This document shows positions 48,924 to 58,464 of a stretch of DNA of 64,000 nt, in pieces. Below the pieces are notes generated by a model, which saw only the letters and a program-made list of their open reading frames with translations, ran no database searches and had not been told where the DNA came from. The position numbers and the translations under genes are program-made. The stretch comes from an uncultured Chloroflexia bacterium (GTDB lineage: Bacteria > Chloroflexota > Limnocylindria > Limnocylindrales > CSP1-4): NCBI GenBank assembly GCA_963780375.1, contig CAWABV010000008.1, positions 696,497 through 760,496 of the forward strand. The letters are read 5' to 3'. Numbering within the stretch: position 1 is the first letter of the stretch; every line of letters begins with the position of its first letter.

Positions 48924-49823
48924 CTAGTGCCGTCGACGCCGGCGGCGCAGTGTGGCCATGCGGACGATCGCATGGACGAGGTCCTCATCGGTCGACAGGG
49001 CGACGGCGTCGACCCCGGCCCGCCGGAAGGCGTCGCGGAGCGTGGCCTCCCGTCGTTCCGCGGCTTCCTTGAACCGTCGCCGGAACGCCTTGTCGTGCGT
49101 GTCGACGTAGAGCTGTTCGCCGGTCTCGGCATCCTCGATCAGCAACGCGCCGACGTCGGGCAGCTCGACCTCGCGGCGGTCGAACAGCCGGACGGCCATC
49201 ACCTCGTGGCGCTGGGTGAGCACGTTCAAAGGACGCTCCCAGCCGGGAGCGCTGATGAAGTCGGAGATGACGAATACGAGTGAGCGGCGCTTGATCGTCT
49301 GCTGGCCCGCCTCGAGCAACGGCCCAAGATCGGTGAACGGCGACGACGGCAGTCGCGGCTGCTCGAGCAGGTCGTTGACCAGGCGCAGGACCTGGATGCG
49401 CCCGCCGCCGGCCGGGATGGTCCGGTCTACCTGGCGGCCGTACAGGATCGCCCCGACGCGATTGCCCCGCCGCGTCAGGAGGCGCGCGAGCGTGGTGACG
49501 AAGTCGATCAGCACGCTCCGCTTGAGGCGCTCACCCTCGACGGTGCCGAAGTCGACCGACGGGCTGAGGTCGAGCAGGAACCACGCGGTGACCTCGCGGT
49601 CCTCGACGTACTCGCGGACATAGGGGATCGTCGTCCGCGCCGTGACGTTCCAGTCGATGTAGCGGACGTCGTCGCCCCACTGGTACTCGCGCAGATCGGC
49701 GAAATCGAGGCCGCTGCCGCGGAACAGCGTCCGGTAGTCGCCCTGGAGCAGGCCGTCGAGCCGCCGCACGACCTGCCAGTCGAGGCGCTGGAGGATGCGC
49801 TCAGGCGCTGACGACGCTGCCAT
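48924..49823 (-). CDS. DUF58-family protein, module 1
   Basis: GSGLDFADLREYQWGDDVRYIDWNVTAR signature. Confidence 0.85.
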   Translation of the reverse strand: MAASSAPERILQRLDWQVVRRLDGLLQGDYRTLFRGSGLDFADLREYQWGDDVRYIDWNVTARTTIPYVREYVEDREVTAWFLLDLSPSVDFGTVEGERLKRSVLIDFVTTLARLLTRRGNRVGAILYGRQVDRTIPAGGGRIQVLRLVNDLLEQPRLPSSPFTDLGPLLEAGQQTIKRRSLVFVISDFISAPGWERPLNVLTQRHEVMAVRLFDRREVELPDVGALLIEDAETGEQLYVDTHDKAFRRRFKEAAERREATLRDAFRRAGVDAVALSTDEDLVHAIVRMATLRRRRRRH

Positions 49824-50808
49824 GGTCGCGGAGCGGGACGACGGGGACGGGGATCCGGTCGATGATGGTGCCGAGTAGATCGTCGGCGTCGATGTCGTCG
49901 GAGAGCGCCTCGAACGAGAGCACGAGCCGATGCCGGAGTACGTCGAGGGCCATATCCAGCACGTCTTCAGGGAGCGCGTAATCCCGACCCCGGACGAACG
50001 CCAGCGCGCGGGCGGTAAGGATCAGGTTGATCGAGGCTCGCGGGCTCGCCCCGAACGTGATGTACCGGCTCAGCTCGCCGAGGCCGTGCTCCTGGGGCTC
50101 GCGCGTGGCCGTCGCCAGCCGGACGGCGTACTCCATCAGGGCCGGGTCGACGTACACGCGGTCGGCCGCCCGCTGCATGTCGATGAGCGTGGCGGTCGAG
50201 ATCACCTGCTGCGGACTGGGGATGGCGCCGGTCATCCGCTCCACGATGACGAACTCCTCGGTCGGCGTCGGGTAGCCGACGAGGACCTTGAGCATGAACC
50301 GATCGATCTGCGCTTCCGGGAGCGCGTACGTCCCCTCGGTCTCGATCGGGTTCTGCGTCGCCAGCACGAGGAACGGGTCGGGAACCTTGTAGGACTCCTT
50401 GCCGATCGTGACCTGGCGTTCCTGCATCACCTCGAGCAGCGCGCTCTGGACTTTCGCCGGAGCCCGGTTGATCTCGTCGGCGAGCAGGAGGTTCGCGAAC
50501 ACCGGTCCGAGCGTCGTGCCGAAGTCGCCGGTCTTCTGGTTGTAGATGCGGGTACCGACGAGATCGGCAGGCACGAGATCGGGCGTGAACTGGATCCGCT
50601 TGAACTCGCCGCCGATCGCCTCGGCTAGCGTGCGGATCGCCATGGTCTTGGCGAGCCCCGGGACGCCCTCGACGAGGATGTGGCCTCGCGCGAGGAGGGC
50701 GACGATCAATCGTTCGAGCAGATGATCCTGTCCGACGATGACCTTCTTGACCTCGTACAGGAGCCGCTCCATCGGGGCGGCTCCGTCATGACTTGCTGAC
50801 TGGTCCAC
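49801..50808 (-). CDS. MoxR-family AAA+ ATPase (MRP subfamily), module 1
   Basis: LVEGVPGLAKT (Walker A), LLADEINRAPAKVQSALLE, VLATQNPIE. Confidence 0.9.
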   Translation of the reverse strand: MDQSASHDGAAPMERLLYEVKKVIVGQDHLLERLIVALLARGHILVEGVPGLAKTMAIRTLAEAIGGEFKRIQFTPDLVPADLVGTRIYNQKTGDFGTTLGPVFANLLLADEINRAPAKVQSALLEVMQERQVTIGKESYKVPDPFLVLATQNPIETEGTYALPEAQIDRFMLKVLVGYPTPTEEFVIVERMTGAIPSPQQVISTATLIDMQRAADRVYVDPALMEYAVRLATATREPQEHGLGELSRYITFGASPRASINLILTARALAFVRGRDYALPEDVLDMALDVLRHRLVLSFEALSDDIDADDLLGTIIDRIPVPVVPLRDHGSVVSA

Positions 50809-50852
50809 GCGTCATTCCCTCTGCTCTGGTGGGCTCTCTCGAGGCTGCATCC

Positions 50853-51806
50853 CTAGTAGGCCGGGAGTCCGGCAGCGCCGCCGGCGACGGTGATCGGGAC
50901 GGCGAGACCGATGCCGGCGAAGACGTCGTCATGGGTCGGGTTGAGTAACGCCGTGACGATGCCGATCACGTGTCCCTCTCTATCGAGTAACGGTCCCCCG
51001 GAGTTGCCTGGATTGACCGCCGCGTCGATCTGGATCAGCCCGCGCAACACGACGCCACTGTCTTCGAGCTGGAACGACCGATCGAGCCCCGAGATCACGC
51101 CCGCGCTCATCGAGTTGGGCAAGCCGAAGGGGTTGCCCACGGCGAACGCCTCGCTCCCCTCCCGGACGCCGTTGGGATCCCCGAGCGTGGCGGGCACGAT
51201 CTCGGCCGGCGGGCTTGCGGCGCGGAGGACCGCGATGTCGTTGTCGGCGTCGCGGCCGACGACCTGGGCGGGCGAACTGGTGCCGTCGGCGAACGTGACC
51301 GTGATGTCGGTCGCATCGGCCACCACGTGCAGGCTCGTGAGCATCTCGCCGGCGAGGTTGATGACGACACCGCTGCCGACCCCCTCGTCGACTCCTGTCC
51401 CGCCGCTCGGCTGCGGGCGCTCGATCCTGACGAGCACCACCGAGGGACGAACAGCCTCGTAGACGAGCTCCGAGAACGCCGGCGCGGGCGTTACCGAGGC
51501 GAGCGCTTCGCTGACGCGCGCATCGACGTCGTCCTGCGTCAATGGCCGGGGGCCGGGGAACAGGAGGTTGAACAGCACGACGGCACCGAACGCCACTGCG
51601 GCGCCCGCGACGTAGGGTGCCGACCGGCTGAGCCGGCGCGGTCCTCGCGGCGGTCCTCCCTGCGTGTCCCCTGTCATCTCGTCCGCCCCGTTCGCGACGT
51701 GGGGAGCCAGTCTATCGCGCGCGACGTCCTCGGCCAGTCGCGTCCACCCGTCGAAGCGCGTGTTCGCGCGCGAGTGCGCTGCGGAGGACCGGTACCAATC
51801 GGCCAT
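50853..51806 (-). CDS. Membrane-anchored trypsin-like (S1C/HtrA-type) serine protease without PDZ, module 1
   Basis: LTSLHVV (His), DNDIAVLR (Asp), NPGNSGGPLLD (Ser). One TM near the N-terminus. Confidence 0.8.
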   Translation of the reverse strand: MADWYRSSAAHSRANTRFDGWTRLAEDVARDRLAPHVANGADEMTGDTQGGPPRGPRRLSRSAPYVAGAAVAFGAVVLFNLLFPGPRPLTQDDVDARVSEALASVTPAPAFSELVYEAVRPSVVLVRIERPQPSGGTGVDEGVGSGVVINLAGEMLTSLHVVADATDITVTFADGTSSPAQVVGRDADNDIAVLRAASPPAEIVPATLGDPNGVREGSEAFAVGNPFGLPNSMSAGVISGLDRSFQLEDSGVVLRGLIQIDAAVNPGNSGGPLLDREGHVIGIVTALLNPTHDDVFAGIGLAVPITVAGGAAGLPAY

Positions 51807-51848
51807 GGCGACTCGAGCGTGACGTTCGTACGGTGCGGCGCAGCACCG

Positions 51849-54413
51849 ATGCCGATCGATGACCTCCGCACAGCCATCAGCGCGGCCGCCAGCGCTCCAC
51901 GACGGCCGGGCCTCAACGCGCTCGTGGTCATCCCGGCGGTCGCGGTCATCGTGGTCATGGCGATCGCCGTCTCGAACAGTGCGGCCGATGCCCTGCGTGA
52001 CAGCGCCAAGGAATCGGCGGTCCAGAACGTCGAATCGATCGTCCGCGGTTACCTCGATCCCGTGCTCGGCGAGACAAGCCTCGATCTCGACGCGTCACGG
52101 GACCCGGCCATAGATGCGCAGCTCGAACGACTCACGCAGTCGGGCGAGCTGCGCCGGGTCAGCATCTGGTCACGCGACGGCCGGATCGTCTACTCGAGCG
52201 ACCCGGCGCTCCGCGGCCGCCGGTTCTCGATCGGCCCCCTGCTCGGCACCGCATACGCCGGCGAGGGTGCCGCCCGCTACGTCGACGCCGGCGTGGGCGA
52301 CGCCCCGACTGACCACCCCGAAGTGGGCGCGGATCCTACCGCCAGGCGGCGGTTCCTCGAACTGTTCGTCCCGATCCGCGGGAATGTCGACGGCAATCCG
52401 ATCGGCGTGTACGACGTGTACCAGGATGCCCAGCGCATCGAGGCGCGCATCGACTCGACCCGCCTCGGGGTCTTCCTCATCGCCCTGGTCGCCTCGAGCC
52501 TTCTAGGTGGCCTGATCGTGCTGGCCTTCGGTGGGGCGTCGCGGGTCCTGGCCGCGCAGAACCGCCGTCTCCAGGACCAGGCCCTGACCGAGCGGGTGCT
52601 CATGGTCGACCTGCAGCGTAGCGAGGAACGCTTCCGCTCGCTCGTCCGCAACGCGTCCGACGGTGTGGTCGTCCTGGGGCCCGACGGCCAGATGAAATAC
52701 GAGAGCCCCGCCGTCGAGCGGATCCTCGGCCGCTCTCCCGACGCGACCATCGGGCAACCGGCCATGAGCAACATCCATCCCGACGACCGCGCTGCGGTCG
52801 AGCGCCGGTTCGCGGATGTGGCGGCGGCCAGTGGTTCCGAGGCCGGCCTCGAGTTCCGTGTCCGCCATGCCGACGGCTCGTGGCGGATCCTGGAGGCCAT
52901 CGCCAAGAACCTGCTCGACGACGCGGCGGTCGGCGGAGTGGTCGTCAACTTCCGCGACATCACGGAGCGCAAGGCCCTCGAGGAGCAGCTTCGTCACCAG
53001 GCGTTCCATGATGTCTTGACCGGTCTCGCGAACCGTTCCCTCTTCCGCGACCGGCTGGGGCATGCCCTGGCACGAGCCTCGCGTGGGGCACTGCCGACCG
53101 CCGTCCTGTACCTCGACATCGATGACTTCAAGGCTGTCAACGACCGACTCGGTCACGGCGAGGGCGACCGACTGCTGGTCATGGTCGGCGAGCGCCTAGT
53201 GGCTGCGACCCGCGCCGGCGACACGGTAGCGCGCCTGGGTGGTGACGAGTTCGCCGTGATCGTCGAGGAGACCGACCCCGCGGAGGCCTCGCGCGCCGCA
53301 GAGCGCATCCTGCGGGCGCTCGCCCAACCGTTCGAGCTCGGGGGACGGCCGACGAGCGTCCGGGCGAGCATCGGTGTCGCGATCCGCGACGTCGACGGAG
53401 GCGATGCCGACGAGCTGCTCCGGCGTGCCGACATCGCGATGTACGCCGCCAAGGCGCGGGGTGGCGACGGTCACGCGGTCTACGAGGCCCGACTCTATGA
53501 GGCGACCGTTACGCGGATGGAATCGAAGGCCGATCTGCAGGGCGCGCTGCAACGCGGCGAGCTCCGGGTCGCCTACCAGCCGATCGTCGACATGGAGTCC
53601 GGGGCGATCCTCGGCGCCGAGGCGCTGATGCGCTGGGAGCACCCGGAACGCGGGCCGATCCCGCCCTCGGACTTCATCCCACTCGCCGAAGAATCCGGGC
53701 TGATCATCGAGCTCGGCCGGTGGATCCTGGAGACGGCCTGTCGCCAGACCCGCGAGTGGCAGGAGGCGACCGGCCGCTCCGACCTGACGATCAGCGTCAA
53801 CCTGTCCGGACGCCAGATCGCCGACGTGGGTCTGGTCGCCGACGTCGCGCGAGTGCTCGCCACGACCGGGCTCGAACCGTCCTGCCTCACACTCGAGATC
53901 ACCGAGACGACCCTCGTCCGCGACGTCGACACGACGATCGCGGCATTCCGCGCCCTCAAGGCCCTCGGTGTCCGTCTTGCTATCGACGACTTCGGGACCG
54001 GCTACTCGTCGCTGAGCTACCTCCGCCAATTCCCGATCGACATCCTGAAGATCGATCGCTCCTTCGTCGCCAGTCTCGACGAGGGCAGCGATTCGAGCGC
54101 GCTCGTGCGCTCGATCCTCAACCTCAGCGCCACGTTGCGGCTCGACACGGTGGCGGAGGGCATCGAGACGGCGGAGCAGTGGCACGCCCTCGAATCGCTT
54201 GGCGCAACGCGTGGGCAGGGCTACCTGTTCGCGCGACCGATGGCCCCCACGGAGATGGGCGGCCTCCTCGCCAACGGCACCACGACCGCGCCGACCGCGG
54301 GTCGATCGTCAGCCGCGCCACGGTCGACCGCCAGCTCGCCACACCGCCGCCGCCGAGCCTCCGCCCGGCCGCCCTCCACAGACCGCTCCACTCACCACGA
54401 GGTCCCGTCATGA
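51849..54413 (+). CDS. Membrane sensor with PAS-GGDEF-EAL domains (c-di-GMP turnover)
   Basis: Start at internal ATG 51849 (MPIDDL). The upstream part of ORF 51327..54413 is antisense to the protease. RLGGDEFAV (GGDEF), GAEALMRWEH (EAL), DDFGTGYSSL, KIDRSF. Confidence 0.9.
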   Translation: MPIDDLRTAISAAASAPRRPGLNALVVIPAVAVIVVMAIAVSNSAADALRDSAKESAVQNVESIVRGYLDPVLGETSLDLDASRDPAIDAQLERLTQSGELRRVSIWSRDGRIVYSSDPALRGRRFSIGPLLGTAYAGEGAARYVDAGVGDAPTDHPEVGADPTARRRFLELFVPIRGNVDGNPIGVYDVYQDAQRIEARIDSTRLGVFLIALVASSLLGGLIVLAFGGASRVLAAQNRRLQDQALTERVLMVDLQRSEERFRSLVRNASDGVVVLGPDGQMKYESPAVERILGRSPDATIGQPAMSNIHPDDRAAVERRFADVAAASGSEAGLEFRVRHADGSWRILEAIAKNLLDDAAVGGVVVNFRDITERKALEEQLRHQAFHDVLTGLANRSLFRDRLGHALARASRGALPTAVLYLDIDDFKAVNDRLGHGEGDRLLVMVGERLVAATRAGDTVARLGGDEFAVIVEETDPAEASRAAERILRALAQPFELGGRPTSVRASIGVAIRDVDGGDADELLRRADIAMYAAKARGGDGHAVYEARLYEATVTRMESKADLQGALQRGELRVAYQPIVDMESGAILGAEALMRWEHPERGPIPPSDFIPLAEESGLIIELGRWILETACRQTREWQEATGRSDLTISVNLSGRQIADVGLVADVARVLATTGLEPSCLTLEITETTLVRDVDTTIAAFRALKALGVRLAIDDFGTGYSSLSYLRQFPIDILKIDRSFVASLDEGSDSSALVRSILNLSATLRLDTVAEGIETAEQWHALESLGATRGQGYLFARPMAPTEMGGLLANGTTTAPTAGRSSAAPRSTASSPHRRRRASARPPSTDRSTHHEVPS

Positions 54414-54862
54414 CGTCCACGGCCGACACCCCCGTTCGCAGCGCCCCGTCCCTGCGCCTGCTCGCGCTCGTCATCGCCGTGTCAGCGGTCATAGCCGTCG
54501 CCGGCCTGATCCTCCTCCTTCGGCCGGCTGCGCCGGGACCGACTCGGACGATCGCGCTCCAGACCTTGAACGCGTCCGGCGTGACCGGCACCGTGGCCTT
54601 CACCGATCTCGGCGTCCGGACCAGGGTCGACATCTCGGTCGACCCTGCCGGCAATGCGGACATGCCGGCACACATCCATCCGGGCAGCTGCGCGAACCTG
54701 ACACCGCAACCGAAGTTCCCGCTCGAGAACGTTCGAGCGGGTAGTTCGACGACCATCGTCCCGGCGTCGATCGGCGAGCTCTTCGCCGGCAGCCTTGCCG
54801 TGAACATCCACAAGTCGAACGACGACTTGAAGACCTACACCGCGTGCGTCGATATCCAGTAG
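54410..54862 (+). CDS. Membrane-anchored CHRD/SOD-like beta-domain protein (tentative)
   Basis: ATGA overlap at 54410-54413. TM then LNASGVTGTVAFTDLG..MPAHIHPGSC..LAVNIHKS. Confidence 0.45.
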   Translation: MTSTADTPVRSAPSLRLLALVIAVSAVIAVAGLILLLRPAAPGPTRTIALQTLNASGVTGTVAFTDLGVRTRVDISVDPAGNADMPAHIHPGSCANLTPQPKFPLENVRAGSSTTIVPASIGELFAGSLAVNIHKSNDDLKTYTACVDIQ

Positions 54863-55248
54863 GGAACCGCACGGCCGCGTTCCTTCGGTTCCTCGGCTCG
54901 ACCCTCATCGTCGCGGCCTGCGCGCTCGGCGTCGCGGGCACCGGCTCGGAGGGGGTTGACATCACCGTGGTCACCGCACCAGGCGAGCAGCTCGCGTTCA
55001 CGCCGAGTGAGCTGCGTGTCCCAGAGGGCCGACCGATCCGGTTGACGTTCCGGAACGGTTCGAGTCTGGCCCACAACCTGGTCTTCACGTCTGGCATCGC
55101 TGCCAGCACGAAGACGATCGTCGATCCCGGTGGATCGGAGCAGTTGGCCCTCGCAACACCGGCCCCGGGGGCCTATCGCTTCGTGTGCACCATCCACGTC
55201 GAGATGTCGGGCACGCTAACGGTCGACGCCGCCGCAGCGAACGGCTAG
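54844..55248 (+). CDS. Cupredoxin (plastocyanin/azurin-like blue copper) lipoprotein
   Basis: LIVAAC lipobox. Cu ligand pattern: AHNLVF ... FVCTIHVEM (His, Cys, His, Met). Confidence 0.7.
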   Translation: MRRYPVGNRTAAFLRFLGSTLIVAACALGVAGTGSEGVDITVVTAPGEQLAFTPSELRVPEGRPIRLTFRNGSSLAHNLVFTSGIAASTKTIVDPGGSEQLALATPAPGAYRFVCTIHVEMSGTLTVDAAAANG

Positions 55249-55252
55249 GGCG

Positions 55253-56293
55253 TCAGGTCGCTCCGACGTCGGTCTCGACCGCCCGACCTTCTAGCGCGTA
55301 GTCGATCGCGGCGTTGGAGGACATGGCTGCTCCGGTCGAGCGCGACCGCGCGAAGGCATCCGGCGTCATCGCTCCTTGCAGCTCGGCCAGCGTGCGCTCG
55401 TAGTGCGGTCGCTCGTCGGGCGGCCAGGCCATCCCCGTCGCCTCCATGTGCAATTCGGCGGCGCCGATCAGGGTCGCGGCCCGCTCGTGATCCTTTCGCT
55501 CGAGAGCGATCGCGGCGAGTCCGCTGAAGATGAAGGGCGGCGTGAAGCGGTCGCCGCTCCGCTCGGACGTGACGAGCGACTCCCGAGCGAGCGCCTCGGC
55601 GGCATCGAGATCGCCGAGCTGTCGCTCCACCATGCTCAAGTTGCCGGCTTCCGAGGCGATCAGGAAGTCGTTGCCCTGGCTTCGGACGAGTGACAGGCGC
55701 TGGGTCATCCACTCGCGCGCCTCGGGCAGGTCGCCCGCGATCTGGGCCCCGACGCCGAGCAGGTGCAGCGCGTTGGAGCGGCCGTTCTCATCTCCCGCAG
55801 CATCGCTCACTTCGAGCGCTTCGTGGGCGAGTCGCCTTCCCTCCGCGACGTCGGTCCGCAATGCGACGCGCGACAGCCCGCCGAGGGCCCCCGAGACGAG
55901 CGGGGCGTCCTCGAGCCGACGGCCGATGGTCAGCGCCTGCTCGAACAAGGCTGCCGCGCCGGCGTCGTCGCCCATCCAGAACGGCATGAACCCCGCGTTC
56001 AGGTAGGCCCGGCCACGAAGGTGGTCATCGCCGGCGCCGGACGCGAGGGCGCGGTCGAACCAGCGGGCACCTTCGTCGAACCGACGCTGGGTGATCCAAT
56101 AGCGGTATGTCGCGTTCGCGAGTCTGAGCGCATCGTTGTCCCGGCCCTGGTCGACGAACCAGTCGAGCGCGTCCCGCAGGTCACCGGATCGTCCTTCCAG
56201 GCGAGTCACGGCGGCGCTGGCGTCCGGCCCGGTCAACCGCGGTGCGATCTCCTCTGCGAGGTCCAGCGATGCGATCGCGGTCTGCTCGTCCAT
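55253..56293 (-). CDS. TPR-repeat protein
   Basis: Start moved to internal Met 56293 (MDEQTAIASL). Repeated A-x-x-x-F/Y..AL helical-hairpin pattern throughout. Confidence 0.55.
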   Translation of the reverse strand: MDEQTAIASLDLAEEIAPRLTGPDASAAVTRLEGRSGDLRDALDWFVDQGRDNDALRLANATYRYWITQRRFDEGARWFDRALASGAGDDHLRGRAYLNAGFMPFWMGDDAGAAALFEQALTIGRRLEDAPLVSGALGGLSRVALRTDVAEGRRLAHEALEVSDAAGDENGRSNALHLLGVGAQIAGDLPEAREWMTQRLSLVRSQGNDFLIASEAGNLSMVERQLGDLDAAEALARESLVTSERSGDRFTPPFIFSGLAAIALERKDHERAATLIGAAELHMEATGMAWPPDERPHYERTLAELQGAMTPDAFARSRSTGAAMSSNAAIDYALEGRAVETDVGAT

Positions 56294-56371
56294 GGGTCCA
56301 TCGTATCGGGGGGAGTGAGCACGTCGTCGGTCCCTGCCGACTTCGCGAGACCACGCTATCCTCCGGCGGCC

Positions 56372-57064
56372 GTGCGACTGCTCATCGTCGAGGACGAGCT
56401 CGACCTCGCAACTGCTCTTGCCACCGGGTTGCGCCGCGAAGGTTATGCGACCGACACCGCCGCGACCGCAGCGGAGGCCCGTGAGCGTCTTCAACACACG
56501 CCCTATGACGTGGTGTGTCTGGACCTCGGCCTGCCCGACGGCGACGGTCGCGAGGTCTGCCGCGAACTTCGTGCTGGCGAGCTGCTACTACCGGAGGCCG
56601 CCCCACCGCGCGTCCTGATGCTGACCGCCCGGGACGGCCTTGACGATCGAGTCGGAGGTCTGGATGACGGTGCCGACGACTACCTGGTCAAGCCGTTCAG
56701 CTTCGAGGAGCTCGCCGCACGGGTTCGCGCCCTCGCCCGCCGCCCGACGATCAACGAGGGAGCGACGATCCGGCTGGGGAGCCTCGAGCTCGATGCCGCG
56801 CGGCACGAGGTCCGTCGTGACGGACGACGTCTCGACCTGACGGCCAAGGAGTTCGCGCTTCTCAGGTACTTCATGCTCCATCCGAGCGAAGTCTTGACAC
56901 CGGAGCGCCTGCTCGAGCACGTATGGGACGATCGCGCCGACCCATTCAGCAACACGGTCCGAGTCACGATCAGCAACCTCCGCCGCAAGCTCGCGGATCC
57001 GGGCGACAGACAGCCCATAGAGACGGTCGTTGGGGTGGGCTACCGCCTGGAGGCTACCGGATGA
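56372..57064 (+). CDS. OmpR-family response regulator (MprA/CseB-like)
   Basis: GTG 56372. VRLLIVEDELDLA..VVCLDLGLPDGDG..YLVKPFSFEEL..VVGVGYRL. Confidence 0.85.
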   Translation: MRLLIVEDELDLATALATGLRREGYATDTAATAAEARERLQHTPYDVVCLDLGLPDGDGREVCRELRAGELLLPEAAPPRVLMLTARDGLDDRVGGLDDGADDYLVKPFSFEELAARVRALARRPTINEGATIRLGSLELDAARHEVRRDGRRLDLTAKEFALLRYFMLHPSEVLTPERLLEHVWDDRADPFSNTVRVTISNLRRKLADPGDRQPIETVVGVGYRLEATG

Positions 57065-58332
57065 GTCGGTCGCCGTTCCGACGCGTCGCCGCGTCCGTTG
57101 GATCGGTTCGCTTCCGATCGGCGATGCTGGTGACGACGGCCCTGATCGTCACGGCGGGCGTGCTCGTACTGGGCATGAACATCGCCTTGGATACGGTGGC
57201 GGCGACAAGCCCTGCGGAGCAACCGACCACACTCGAGGAGGAGATGCTGCGACTGCTCGGCATGAGCCTCGCCGAGCTGGATGGAGGCGACGGCACCGCG
57301 GCGACCGATGCGCTCCTGAACGTCGAACAGACCGTCCGTGAGGAGACTCTTCAGACGGTTCGCTCTCTCTCGCTCGTCGCACTTCTGCTGCTGGTGCCGG
57401 TCGGCCTCGCCATCGGCTGGGCAGTCGCCGGTCGGGTCGTGCGGCCGGTCGGCACGATCGCCAGCGTCGCACGAGAGATCGAGGCGACTGATCTCTCGCG
57501 CCGGATCCACCTCGGCGGCCCACCCGACGAGATGCGCGAACTCGCCGACACGTTCGACGCGATGCTCGACCGGCTCGATCGAGGCGTGCAGACCCAGCGT
57601 CGCTTCGTCGAGGACGCCTCCCACGAGCTGCGGAACCCACTGGCCGTCATCCGCACGACCCTCGATGTCGCGCTCTCGGAACCAGGGGACGCCGAGGGCC
57701 TTCGCCGTGCAGCCGAGGTAGCTCGTCGGACGGCCGACCGGATGTCGACCACGGTCGACGAGCTCGTGGCGTTCGGCAGGACCAGCGTGCAACCGGAGCG
57801 ACGGATCCCGGTGGACCTAGCCGAGGTCGTGGCCGAGGTCGCCCAGGAGTACGACGCGGTGGCCTCGACACGGGGCATTCGGCTGTCCCGGCTCGCTCCG
57901 TCAGGTCTGGTCGTCGACGGCGACCGGTCCGCGCTCAAGCGGGCGCAGGCGAACCTTGTGTCGAACGCTCTCCGCGTCGCTCCTCCCGGCTCGGTCGTCC
58001 ACTCGCGGGCCGGACGGACCGGTGGATGGTTGTGGTTCGGTGTTCGCGACGTGGGGCCCGGGATCGCGCCCGACGACCAGCCGCTCGTCTTCCGCCGCGC
58101 CTGGCGGGATGGCGCTCCGACAGCGGAAGGCGACGCGCAGGGTCTGGGACTGGCTCTCGTTCGCCAGATCGCCGAGGCACATGGTGGCGTGGTCAGCGTG
58201 GCATCGGTCCCGAGACACGGCGCGAGTTTCGTCGTCTGGCTGCCGGACCGACGGACGAGTCCCGAGCAGACCCCGACCACCGATCTCCGGGAGATGGCCG
58301 ACCCGCTGTGGACGGTGGACGCGGCCTCCTGA
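57061..58332 (+). CDS. Sensor histidine kinase (MprB/CseC-like)
   Basis: ATGA overlap. 2 TM + HAMP, FVEDASHELRNPLAVI H-box, DVGPGI, GLGLALV. Confidence 0.85.
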   Translation: MSRSPFRRVAASVGSVRFRSAMLVTTALIVTAGVLVLGMNIALDTVAATSPAEQPTTLEEEMLRLLGMSLAELDGGDGTAATDALLNVEQTVREETLQTVRSLSLVALLLLVPVGLAIGWAVAGRVVRPVGTIASVAREIEATDLSRRIHLGGPPDEMRELADTFDAMLDRLDRGVQTQRRFVEDASHELRNPLAVIRTTLDVALSEPGDAEGLRRAAEVARRTADRMSTTVDELVAFGRTSVQPERRIPVDLAEVVAEVAQEYDAVASTRGIRLSRLAPSGLVVDGDRSALKRAQANLVSNALRVAPPGSVVHSRAGRTGGWLWFGVRDVGPGIAPDDQPLVFRRAWRDGAPTAEGDAQGLGLALVRQIAEAHGGVVSVASVPRHGASFVVWLPDRRTSPEQTPTTDLREMADPLWTVDAAS

Positions 58333-58464
58333 TCCACGCTTTAGGTCGTCCTTACACCGTCCGAACGTCCACGTTATCGCCCATCTCCTAGCCTCCGGAT
58401 CGATGGCCGGACCGTATCGGTCCCGACCTGCACGCGACCGCACTCGATTCGGAGGCCCGCTCAC

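Noticed and set aside
51327-54413. A 1028-aa ORF read as the full GGDEF-EAL protein.
   Set aside because: The first 174 codons are antisense to the protease gene. The sensible start is ATG 51849, just before the first TM segment.
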